Assembly: GCA_963714975.1 (NCBI GenBank)
Contig: CAVQQD010000002.1
Coordinates: 768,001-832,000 of the forward strand
Source: an uncultured Gammaproteobacteria bacterium
Lineage (GTDB): Bacteria; Pseudomonadota; Gammaproteobacteria; JAURND01
Direction of reading: 5' to 3'
DNA length: 64,000 nucleotides
Part shown: positions 20,388-29,947 of the stretch, in pieces
Numbering within the stretch: position 1 is the first letter of the stretch
Layout of the letters: each line of letters opens with the position of its first letter
Program-made: the position numbers and the translations under genes
Notes under the pieces: model-generated
The model's input: the letters and a program-made list of their open reading frames with translations, nothing else
The model's database searches: none
Told to the model about the DNA's origin: nothing

Positions 20388-20413
20388 TCCTTCTCCCGCA
20401 AGCGGGAGAAGGA
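20388..20413. repeat. Family-1 hairpin
   Basis: TCCTTCTCCCGC-AA-GCGGGAGAAGGA. Confidence 0.8.
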
Positions 20414-20454
20414 TTAATGCTTCAATTTACCCCTCACCCTAAGTGTCAGAACTA

Positions 20455-23027
20455 CTAGCCCCTGAGAAGCCCTTGATTAAGGAGAGGTATGGTTATGGGT
20501 ACTTCCTCTTCTTGCTGGTTTACCTGATTTGGATTAGGAACTCCATTAGAAGAAGGAAGGTCCTTATTTGTGCTTCTAAGGTGACGGCACCATAAATAAA
20601 ACGCCAGAACTGCTGCCACATTCACAACCGTAGCAGTAATAACCGGCCAATGATTCATGAACCCATCGGAAGTGCCTTGCCAAGCCTGCTTCATACCCCC
20701 CCACTTATTATTTATCCCGTAATCGACTGAATAATATAACCCAGTGCCAACTCCTCCTAGTCCTACCCCTGTCTTCACAACCGGCTTCCAATAAGCGCAA
20801 CTGGCGGTTGTCGATGGCGATGGTAGGGGTTGGTTAAAAAACGCCACAAACAGTGCGTTTAAAAACCCATCAGGTCGATTTACTCCCCGCTCACCATCCA
20901 GTTCCGTACATTCTTTAAGTAAACCCATTTTAGCTTTATGTAAATTTATAGGAGTAAAAGTTTGGTTTGTAATCTCCTTATTGAGTTCTCCACCTCCATG
21001 AAAAAATTGTGGTAGGTCACTAAGAGCAATATTAAATTTGTGCATGGCAAGCGCGGGATAGCTCTCTCTGCTAAGTACATCCAGAAAAAATAGAGCTATT
21101 TTTCCACGGCTAGAGTCCTTCCCTTCAGGGAAAAAACTATCCTTTGTGTCACTTATTTCTTGCATCAACTGTGGAAAGTTCACATTAGCAGTAGAGCGGA
21201 GGTGGTGGGTCTTAAATGCCTGAAATACATAAATCGTATCAGCGATTTGCTCGCGCATATTTTCTGCTTCTGCTTCTTGAAGTTTTTGAAGTTCTTGAAG
21301 TTCTTTTTGCGACGGACCAGAAGAACCCTTGGCATCTTCCAATGATTGAGGTAGGGGGGTAGATAAAGCAGCATACGGCGTACGCAAAATCTTATTCAAG
21401 GTACTGGAAAACTGAGTGTTAATGTTGTGTCCTGGAAATGACTATCAAAATCACTAAATATCTTAGACAAAATACCTTTAGCTGCTAGAGCTTGCTCTGG
21501 AGAAAGCGATTTATTTCCCCATAAAATAGGGAAAAAACTCAATTGTGTTACGTCATTCACTCTCGGGTGGAGCTGATTCTTAATTTTTTTGGCTGTTCCT
21601 ATAACTAGCCCTGTACCCTCGGTATTACTTAGCATTAAAATTTTCTATTGTGCGAAATTGATCCAGCAATTGTAGGGCAATGCGTTTACGTGCGTTCGCA
21701 TTTTCGGAAAAATATCCCATAGAGTTATCTGTTAGAATGAGCTGCTTAATGCTTTCAATATCATTTGTAGCACCATAGTCCGTTTGCCCGTTTATTAAGT
21801 AATAATTGGTCAATGCCTGAACAGCAGCAAGCACATCGGTGATTTTAATACGTTCCTCTGGGGTGATCTCAGAGGGTTTGGAATCCTGCGGATAAAATGA
21901 CGCGTATATGTCCTCAGCAGCGGATTTTGAAGCTGACGATCGCTCAGCTTCTGACTGCCTAAGTTTCTTTAAACGGTCTACAGGCAATTTTTTTGTTAAA
22001 ATTTTTTGCAAATTCAGTACGATTTTGGCTAAATCTCTGGTCGAAAGTTTTTAGCGCCACCTCCAGCTGGATTTTCGCTTTATTCTGCTCATCCGACTCA
22101 AGTCGTTGCAGCTTATCTTCTTGACTGTATAAAGAGGTGAGAATATTAGCTGTACTAAGAGCCTTGAGAAAAATTGGTTTTTTCTAGAAGAAAATTTGTT
22201 TTACCTCCTTGAGCTGCTTTCTTAAATTCCATGAGAAATTGGATTGCAATTGCTTTAGCCACCACATTGTTATAGAAAAATTGAGGATTATCGTCATCGA
22301 CAGCTTGGATAAACCGGTCGAAGTCTGCAGGCTTTTTTTCCCCATTTAGATACTCTGCTGCTTTTAAAACCTGGATAGCATAAACTACGTCGGTAATGTT
22401 GGGAGCCTCTTCTCCTTTCTCAGCTGGGGTAAGCGTAGATTTTGGTGTTGAATCGACTTCCTCTTTGCCCTCCTTGTCGTCATTAGCAGTCGACCCCGTC
22501 CAGGAGTTTGAGGGAGAAGGATTTGATGGAGGCGCTGTTGCTTCAGGCTGTGCCGGCTGTCCCGTCAAAACGTTGTCATAAAAAGTCTCAAATTGCTGAT
22601 TACCAAGAGAGAAATCCCAGCCTTTAAACAGAGTGTCTAAAGCCTGGCCCGCTGCTGCTGCTTCGCTAGGGGAAAATTTTCTACTGGTTGTCGACCAATC
22701 GCCCAGTTTAGGAATACCACTCTTTTCGAACTGGGAATTAATATTTATACAGTCTTGTTGAATTTTCTCTGGAGTTAGTTGGCGCTGCAATTGTAATTGA
22801 TTGAGAAGTTCCAAAGCAATTTTCTTATGAACCGGGAGGTTATGATACGGAGCAAATCCTTTTTCCTGGATATCTAAAATCGTATTTTGGAGTTTTTGCT
22901 GGTCATGACTTTGGTCTAAGTGAGGTTTTAATAGCTGCATCACATAAACTAAATCAGCAACCCTAGTTATTTTCTCCGGAGTGAGCTTGGCCTCTGGTGG
23001 AGGAGTTATCTGTGTTTCTTGTGTCAT
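20455..23027 (-). CDS. Large four-repeat orphan protein with C-terminal TM pair (about 850 aa), split by about four frameshifts; candidate effector
   Basis: ORFs 22155-23027, 21625-22011, 21396-21635 and 20455-21399 carry four copies of [IV][AT]D.[VLI]...Q.[LF] ... IA[LI]..L... An unannotated bridging frame (about 21960-22170) supplies the missing end of repeat 2. Confidence 0.65.
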
Positions 23028-23126
23028 GTTAAACCTCTATACTTCGTTGAGTGAAACTACTCCTCGTCATCTCCCCGCACGAACATAGGGCGACGCGAGT
23101 AGAGTATGAGTAAATTTATTTTACCT

Positions 23127-23159
23127 ATCATACCAAGCAAATATGAAGGATATATTAAG
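23127..23159 (-). promoter_or_regulatory. PmrA-like box plus -10
   Basis: Minus strand CTTAA-TATATC-CTTCAT-N10-TATGAT upstream of the 23027 start. Confidence 0.55.
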
Positions 23160-23266
23160 GGAGTGGGGCCGTTTTTAAAATAACTCTGTAAATTAATAGG
23201 GTCCGGCCATTTGTAGTGGAGGTAATGTAGAGAAAATGTGACTATTTAGCGGATACCACAGATTTA

Positions 23267-23351
23267 AACGCGCCCGATTGTGTGCCCGACTTTTCTATCC
23301 TTTAATTGATAGAAAACTGGGCATGAGCACGGGCATGCAATCGGGCGCGTT
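23267..23351. repeat. Long imperfect hairpin in a divergent intergenic region
   Basis: AACGCGCCCGATTG / CAATCGGGCGCGTT outer arms; TTTTCTATC / GATAGAAAA inner arms. Confidence 0.7.
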
Positions 23352-23521
23352 AGGGAAATCTTTACAACACTTGTTAATTTTTCTTTAAGCTAGTAAGCTG
23401 CCAGCGTGGTTGGAGGGCCTGTTTTTAGATTTGGTAACCCTGGAAATTCGCAAACTAGCCAAACTGCCAACCAAAATGTATCCTTGCATGATCTCAGCCT
23501 ATAAGCAATCTAGACTAAAAT

Positions 23522-24703
23522 ATGGAATTTCCAAGAGAACCCAAAAAAAAGAAAGTAAAACTACCTAAAAATTCAGTTGATGTTTTGGATGAACGCTTGC
23601 GCGCGTATACCGACGCACTTTTTACCTTGAGTCAAGCGTATTACGATTTTTCATCCATGGCAAAAAACTCCAATGCTCAAGTGCAATCGATACTGGAAAT
23701 TAAACCAGAAATTTTACCGCCTGAATTATTAGAGTCTGGTGAAAAATGGTTGAAGAAATTCATCTGTGATCAGGCCCAGGAACTTGAATATAAATTAACT
23801 GAATCAAATTTGGCAGAGAAAGTTTTGGAGTTTAAATTATTACACATGGCTCTTGATCTTCATGGGATGAAAAAGCAGGCGGGAGATGATTTTTCATCTG
23901 CCTTAAATAAAGCATATTCGTTACAAGCGGATAATGGAGTAGAAGCACTAAGCCAGACAAAATCGCGGGTAGAGTTTCTGTTAAAATACTGGATAAATTT
24001 ACCCAATAACCAAAAGGATTCTATTGCAAGGGAGAAGGCTAATGATTCTATTAAATATTTAGAAAGACAAATATCTAAAGCTAAAACTAATTTGGCAGAA
24101 AGTGGTTCAACCCAAATTGATCGTTCGAGTAATTATGAAGATAATCGAAGGAGAGGGAGGGTGGGAAAATCAGCTAAAATTCCATCTTCTAATTCTCCTT
24201 CTTCTAGCAGCATGAGTCCTCATTTTACAAATTCTAGTTCTTCTTATTTGAGATTCATGACAGGGGATTTAAAAAGATCAGATTCCGAGAAACCGCAGTT
24301 ACCATTAAATAATCCAACATCTTTTGGGATAAATAACAGTTTCGACTTGACGAGCAACACATTGCTGGAAAATAAATATGAGCAAAATGATGAGGACGAC
24401 GGGTATGATGCTGATGATGAGGAAGCAGATTTGGAAAAATCAGTAATAGAGCTTTCATTGGGCCTTGATCCGTCAAACGAAAAGGAGCAATCCGTAACTG
24501 CGTCTGCAAGCGGTTCATTTATCGCTGTTAATTTTGAGCAGACTGCTAGTTCTATGGTTACAGTCAATGCCAGTACACGTAGTAGATCAAATGCAACACC
24601 TGCAGGTAGCACTTTTAGATTTGTGGGTGGTAATTTTCCCAGAAATTCAAAAACTAACGAAAATGCCCGCTCAGATGCGGATTTGGATAATCTCAGCCCC
24701 TAA
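23522..24703 (+). CDS. Orphan protein with NLS-like N-terminus, helical core and Ser-rich/acidic tail; candidate effector
   Basis: 393-aa ORF; PKKKKVK at the N-terminus; DEDDGYDADDEE acidic tract. Confidence 0.65.
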   Translation: MEFPREPKKKKVKLPKNSVDVLDERLRAYTDALFTLSQAYYDFSSMAKNSNAQVQSILEIKPEILPPELLESGEKWLKKFICDQAQELEYKLTESNLAEKVLEFKLLHMALDLHGMKKQAGDDFSSALNKAYSLQADNGVEALSQTKSRVEFLLKYWINLPNNQKDSIAREKANDSIKYLERQISKAKTNLAESGSTQIDRSSNYEDNRRRGRVGKSAKIPSSNSPSSSSMSPHFTNSSSSYLRFMTGDLKRSDSEKPQLPLNNPTSFGINNSFDLTSNTLLENKYEQNDEDDGYDADDEEADLEKSVIELSLGLDPSNEKEQSVTASASGSFIAVNFEQTASSMVTVNASTRSRSNATPAGSTFRFVGGNFPRNSKTNENARSDADLDNLSP

Positions 24704-24802
24704 TAACCGTCGATGGCGTATGGATATGGTGCGTACTGGAGCCTCCCTAGGTATTATCGGTAAATCTCTTAGGTTCTATGAAGTTTTGAGTGGGTAATAT
24801 AT

Positions 24803-24821
24803 CCTTCTCCCCTTGTGGGAG
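24803..24821 (+). repeat. Truncated family-1 repeat
   Basis: CCTTCTCCCCTTGTGGGAG stops where AAGG is expected and abuts the 16-bp inverted repeat. Confidence 0.7.
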
Positions 24822-26531
24822 CTATCCGATGCACACAAATTCGGTTAGCAATTCCCGCTGAAGCCTTGCTCCCCGACGGGTCCTGCCGCAGCGGCAGGAC
24901 CCGAGGTTAATGGATTAACAGTGCATCACCTTCATGTTCTATCAAATCATCTAAAATCTCTTTCTGTATTTTTGTGCTACGATTCCTATAATGTATAGCA
25001 CATGCAAATAATAATAGGCTTAATCCGAGCAATATAGTCGCCGAAATGTTAAATTGCGCAAAGGGGTCATTGATGTTGAATGAAGGAGGTGACGATGATA
25101 GATCTTGGCCCATATTCCATGAATATATTATTAAAGTTCCGCTTGCAGTCAAAGTCGTTATTCCGAAAAAGACACTTCGAACTTTGTATGATTTTTGAGC
25201 ACTGAAATCCATAGCAATTTTTTCTAAGCCCAAAAATTTTATTATCTTCGATTCTTGTTCAGTCATTTCTTGTTTTGTTTGTGAAGAATCATGAACTCCA
25301 TGGGTTCTCCAGGTTCTTTTTACAAAATTTCTGAAATAAGTGTCAACAGGAGTTGGTGGTGTGTCCGTATTTTTTTGGTTCAGATTAAAGTCTGACTTTT
25401 TTGTTTCTAATATGTCGCTAGCAATGGCTCGATGACTGTCATACTGTGCCAATTTATTCTCTTGATTAGTCTCTACTGAAAAATAATTACGTAGCCGATA
25501 ATCTTCCTTAGGGCTATGACAATCTATGAGATTCACACCTTCTTCTGTAATTCCTTGCTTATCACTGTTTATATATTGGAACCTTTCTGCTTTAGGAGCT
25601 TGCATTTTTCTATTTTTTAAGTGGTTTTTAGCTTCTATCAAAAAATTTTTAGCAAATTCTAATTTTGATAGGTTTTGTGATGTATTTTTTCCAATTTTTT
25701 CTTCTGATACTGCAATTTTAGAATTTATTTCAGTAATCCAGTGATTAATTACAGCCTTGTATTTTTTTCTTTTATCCTTCAGCGCCGCATGTATGGAAGC
25801 ATAATGCACAACAACTCCATCATCCTGATGATCGTCCGTTCGATCCTGGTATTTAGTTCGTACGACTAAATAATCTTTATAAGCTAAGGGGATAGCTCGA
25901 AAGGCTTTACCGGAATTGAACTCCCATTTAACTAAGCTCACACCGAATTTCACAAAGGGTTTTGCCAGGTAACCGAGTAATTTACCGCCCCAAGTTTCTT
26001 TATGACCAATGCGCGGATGACCCCAAGCTTCAGGATGTTTGGTAGCGCGAATATTCCCCACGATATAATTGGTAATGGAAGAAAAAGATCGATCATTAAA
26101 TATATTAATGGGTTGGCCATGTTGATGAAAATGATGAGCAACTAAAGTTGCTATGGCTCCTCCTAATGAATGGCCTTTTAAGATAATATTTTGGGGAGAG
26201 ACACCTTCTTGGAGTAAACGCTGGACTTGAGCAATACCATCTGTGATTAAATCCTCTTTTGATCTTGGACTCCGTTTGCTCTTTATAACCCCTCGGTAAT
26301 TAAAACCAATCACATTACATTTTAATTCGTTAGCGTCATTCCTCATTGTATTTTGAATTTCTTCATAGCACATTTCGTTGCCGACAAAATTAATAATGTA
26401 TTTTTGGTTAATTATCGGCAAATTTTCTGGTGATTTATAGCTAAGTTCTAAGGTATCTAATTCAGCTTGATCGTGGGTGATTACTGTATATCGTTTCGCC
26501 GTTATAGAAGGAGAATTAGATAAATCTAGAT

Positions 26532-28081
26532 CAATGGCACTACCTTAAGCCACAGAATATTTTAAAATCCTTTTATTTATTTTACGTAGCAATTTTTCTT
26601 TTTCGATTGCTCTGTTTCTCTTCAAGGCTGGAAATGGTTTCGGTCTTTGCTTGACTAGCCTGGGCTCCACCCTATCTGGTCTATTTCCAACTTTGTTTTG
26701 CACAATTAATTTTAACATCTCAATATACATTTTATGGTTGCTCACCTGATTTGAGCTTATAAAATAAGGAATAAATTCATTTAGTAGCTGCACACTTCCC
26801 TTAAAGCTTATTTCCCATGGATTAACGCCATACTCATAACAAGCTTTTGCTATAATTATTCTGATAAAATTATATGCTAATAAATGAATTCCTATTTCTT
26901 TTCTAACCATTTCTGGTGTTTTGCACGATAACATATCCATATTCATGATACTTTTAATACTTCGCAAATTAAGCTCCACCTCCCACCTTCGCTTATATAT
27001 TTGGGCAAGCTCTGCTTTGTGGTATTTTTTGTCTAAAAATGTTGTAACGTATATGTGGCCTGATACTTTAAATTCCCGTATGGAAATTTGATCGGGGTAT
27101 GCCTCATATTGCTTTTGTGTCATCCATTCCGGTTTCTGTGGTTTCTCCCAGTTGACAATGTGATCATTTTTACCCAATTTTTGTCCCATTCTAAAATCAT
27201 AATTCCTTTGACTTTGTCCGCGAAAAACACCATCAGCTCCTATTTTTTTTAAGTCCGCCATAAGAAAAAAATTGGGGTAATAACGGTCACCCAGCACAAT
27301 ATCGTCGGCTTTAATGCAGTTTATAATTTCTCTTAATAATGAGATTTCTCCTGTGCCCTTTCCTTTGTGAGCCCCTATTGCATAATCTATTACGGTTCCC
27401 CGCGTCAGTGACATAACGGCTACTATTCGCGCCATAGGAAATCCAGCCCCTTTTTTCTGATTACCATGCTGAGGAAATTTTTTTTGATTAGCTTTTGTAT
27501 CCGACATTTTGACGGTAGATCCATCAAATGCTTTTAATTCTCGGCCATAGACTTTCCATCTCATTGGAATAGATTTCAAAGGGAAAGCTCCAGATTCTTT
27601 AACTAATGCCTTCACAGTATCTTCAGGCAATCGCTTTCTGGCCTTACAATAGGGGCCAGTATTTGAGCTTATTTTATTCTGCTTCTTTTTTTTACTATGC
27701 AGCTGCTCCACAACAACACCAGCAACCGCTTTTTTGCAGGATTTATCTGGATTTAAAACTTGTTTAATAAACGTAAATAAGGTTTTGGTGGGGCTATATA
27801 TCCGGTCACGATATTCCCGGCACTCTCTAAGTATCTTCTGACATTTTTCTGAATTCAATAGGTTTAACAGGAAAATGTCTGGTGCACCATCAGCCAATTC
27901 TTGTCTTTTATTTTTAACTTGCTTAATTTTATTTTTCTTTTTAAAATTCACAGATCAGTTTCCTTTTTTTATTATTGTGTGTTTGCTACAACAATAATAT
28001 TAAATTTGGAAACTGATTTCATCTTTTTTCATCTAAATCATAGGCTTATATTCATCTTTGCTCCTTAAGGTAGTGCCATTG
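26532..28081 (-). mobile_element. Complete IS4-family insertion sequence (1550 bp)
   Basis: 18-bp perfect TIRs CAATGGCACTACCTTAAG (26532-26549) and its reverse complement (28064-28081); 10-bp TSD AAATCTAGAT (26522-26531 and 28082-28091). Confidence 0.95.
26545..27951 (-). CDS. IS4-family DDE transposase
   Basis: YCKARKRLP, AFDGS, LGDRYY, YKRRWEVELNLRSIK (YREK-type motif); stop codon lies inside the TIR. Confidence 0.93.
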   Translation of the reverse strand: MNFKKKNKIKQVKNKRQELADGAPDIFLLNLLNSEKCQKILRECREYRDRIYSPTKTLFTFIKQVLNPDKSCKKAVAGVVVEQLHSKKKKQNKISSNTGPYCKARKRLPEDTVKALVKESGAFPLKSIPMRWKVYGRELKAFDGSTVKMSDTKANQKKFPQHGNQKKGAGFPMARIVAVMSLTRGTVIDYAIGAHKGKGTGEISLLREIINCIKADDIVLGDRYYPNFFLMADLKKIGADGVFRGQSQRNYDFRMGQKLGKNDHIVNWEKPQKPEWMTQKQYEAYPDQISIREFKVSGHIYVTTFLDKKYHKAELAQIYKRRWEVELNLRSIKSIMNMDMLSCKTPEMVRKEIGIHLLAYNFIRIIIAKACYEYGVNPWEISFKGSVQLLNEFIPYFISSNQVSNHKMYIEMLKLIVQNKVGNRPDRVEPRLVKQRPKPFPALKRNRAIEKEKLLRKINKRILKYSVA

Positions 28082-28325
28082 AAATCTAGATCAATGCTTG
28101 GGAGGCTCATCTGTTGAGCTGGTAAAACTAAAAATTTTCCTAGTAATTCTCCCAAAAACCAATTGAATAGCCACTTGAAAAAATCCCATAACAAGATGGG
28201 TGGGAACAAAATTCGCCAAAGGATAGGTTTCACCCATGTCTGTTCAGGCTTTGAAGCTGTATAGGATTTTGACTCTTGCATTTAATTCCTCACATGGAAC
28301 GCCGTCAAATTGTAGTCTTAATAAA

Positions 28326-28358
28326 ATGTTATCTGATTATTCTTAAGAGAGTATTAAC
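28326..28358 (-). promoter_or_regulatory. PmrA-like box plus -10 for the hydrolase
   Basis: Minus strand GTTAA-TACTCT-CTTAAG-N10-TAACAT. Confidence 0.55.
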
Positions 28359-28414
28359 GAGCCTTAAATGTGTGCATCGGATAGTTTGAAAAAAGGGGAA
28401 ATTATTTTTTATTA

Positions 28415-28447
28415 ATTCATAATTTCTTAAGAATGAATCTCTATAAT
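28415..28447 (+). promoter_or_regulatory. PmrA-like box plus -10 for the porin
   Basis: ATTCA-TAATTT-CTTAAG-N10-TATAAT. Confidence 0.5.
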
Positions 28448-28535
28448 TCACAAAAATTAATTAGATAAACTGGGACTTGTGCAATAGGGTGAAGGATAAA
28501 TCTATAACAAAAAAAAATTAGTAGAGAGGCGAGTT

Positions 28536-29924
28536 ATGCGATTATGGGTGCTTTCTTTAGTATGTGTTCCTTTTGTTTCTTTGGCGGCTGGTGAAGCGGA
28601 TGTTGGCGGTGGGACGGATTCAGAGGTCTTGCAACAGGAGTTGGCTGAAATCAATGCTTCAGATACTGCGGATTTTCTTAAAGATGGCAGTGTGGTTTTT
28701 CGTACCACTTGGTACAGCCGCTATCGTGAAGGCTTTCCTAGTCTGTTTTATCAATCCTCTGGCGATAAGAAATTTAATGTCTTGGGTCTGGCCTTGGATA
28801 TTAGTTCCGGTTATTTGTGGGGAATTTTAGGTTTTGATTTCAGCTTCAATAGTAATCTAAAAATAGGTCCCACTGTCGGGCAATCGGAAATATTATTTTA
28901 TGACTATGCAACCCGTCAGGAAAAGAGTGAGGCGATGATTGGTCGGGCTTCGTTGAAATTAAAATTGGGTGGTGATGATAATGGCTTCAAGGCCAATGTG
29001 GGTTATACCCCTATTGATGTTGGGACCATTGGCACTTCCAGTGGGTTGCATCCTCATGGGTATCGTGGCTTTGATGCGAAATATATTTTTCATGATTTTG
29101 AGTTAGGTTATGGCTGGGCTGATCAATTTCACAATGAGTGGACTACTGATTTTTTACCGATCACCACTTCTGAGGCGCAGAATCAACCGCCTTTTCAGAA
29201 TACTGGAAAACGCATTGATTATATCCATAGCCTAGGTGCGCGTTATAAATTTGGTCCGCAAAAATCTGGGTTTGTAGATGTGGGCGTGGGGCAGGGGAAA
29301 GATTATCGTAATAATCAACAAGTAGTGGCTGGTTACCAATTTGATCTGGCCAAGGAACGTGCTTTTAATATCACGGGCTATTATTTTCAAGGCCAATATA
29401 TTCCGGAATTATCAGGTGTTGCGAATCCAAGTAATGAATGGCACACCAGTTTTGGCGTGAATTACCACGAGGGTCCTTGGACATTTGTTGCTGGTTATGG
29501 AAAAACCCATGCTCCTGATTCTGGAGAGCTAAATTTTGCCTTGGCTGCCTATGGGAATAGCGATAGTCGTGATTTTAATCAGGTTTCTGCACAGTTAGAT
29601 GATTATATTTGGGATGGTGAGCAAGCAGTCAAGTTGGGGGTGAATTATGAGATTGGACGCTTAATTAATTTGCCAGGTTTGGTGACGGGTGTTAGTTACA
29701 ATTATGGTTGGGGTTTGATCAATCGCAATGCCAACGGTCAAGTGATTGGCAGGAGTAAGGTTTCTGAAATTGATACTAAGTTAGTTTATACCGTATCTGA
29801 AGGCGTGCTTAAGGGGGTTAGTGCTGGGGTTTATGCCGGATGGCTACGGGGAGATAATGATTTTTATGGTAAACCACCGCGTAATGATGTAAAGTTCATT
29901 CTTTCCTATGAGATTAAATTGTAA
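28536..29924 (+). CDS. OprD/ChiP-like outer membrane porin
   Basis: Signal peptide; DFLKDGS, LDISSGYLWGILGFD; amphipathic beta-strands; ends NDVKFILSYEIKL. Confidence 0.7.
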   Translation: MRLWVLSLVCVPFVSLAAGEADVGGGTDSEVLQQELAEINASDTADFLKDGSVVFRTTWYSRYREGFPSLFYQSSGDKKFNVLGLALDISSGYLWGILGFDFSFNSNLKIGPTVGQSEILFYDYATRQEKSEAMIGRASLKLKLGGDDNGFKANVGYTPIDVGTIGTSSGLHPHGYRGFDAKYIFHDFELGYGWADQFHNEWTTDFLPITTSEAQNQPPFQNTGKRIDYIHSLGARYKFGPQKSGFVDVGVGQGKDYRNNQQVVAGYQFDLAKERAFNITGYYFQGQYIPELSGVANPSNEWHTSFGVNYHEGPWTFVAGYGKTHAPDSGELNFALAAYGNSDSRDFNQVSAQLDDYIWDGEQAVKLGVNYEIGRLINLPGLVTGVSYNYGWGLINRNANGQVIGRSKVSEIDTKLVYTVSEGVLKGVSAGVYAGWLRGDNDFYGKPPRNDVKFILSYEIKL

Positions 29925-29947
29925 CTCACTATTGCGGATCGGCGCTC

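Larger units (their letters stand above)
24907..28281 (-). pseudogene. SidB/SdbA-like alpha/beta hydrolase effector interrupted by an IS4-family element
   Basis: Removing 26532-28081 and one TSD joins 28281-28082 to 26521-24907 in frame (604 aa): ...LPSIDLDL-SNSPSITAKRYTVITHDQAELDTLE...YIINFVGN...GFNYRGV...GHSLGG...NDRSFSS; two C-terminal TM helices. Confidence 0.8.
24822..28384. mobile_element. Possible non-autonomous cassette bounded by perfect 16-bp inverted repeats
   Basis: CTATCCGATGCACACA (24822-24837) and TGTGTGCATCGGATAG (28369-28384); no target-site duplication seen. Confidence 0.45.

Noticed and set aside
23373-23389. PmrA-like box upstream of the NLS-bearing ORF
   Set aside because: GTTAA-TTTTTC-TTTAAG fits the spacing, but there is no -10 at the expected distance.
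28033-28281. Independent 82-aa gene
   Set aside because: It is the 5' part of the IS-disrupted hydrolase reading into the IS end.
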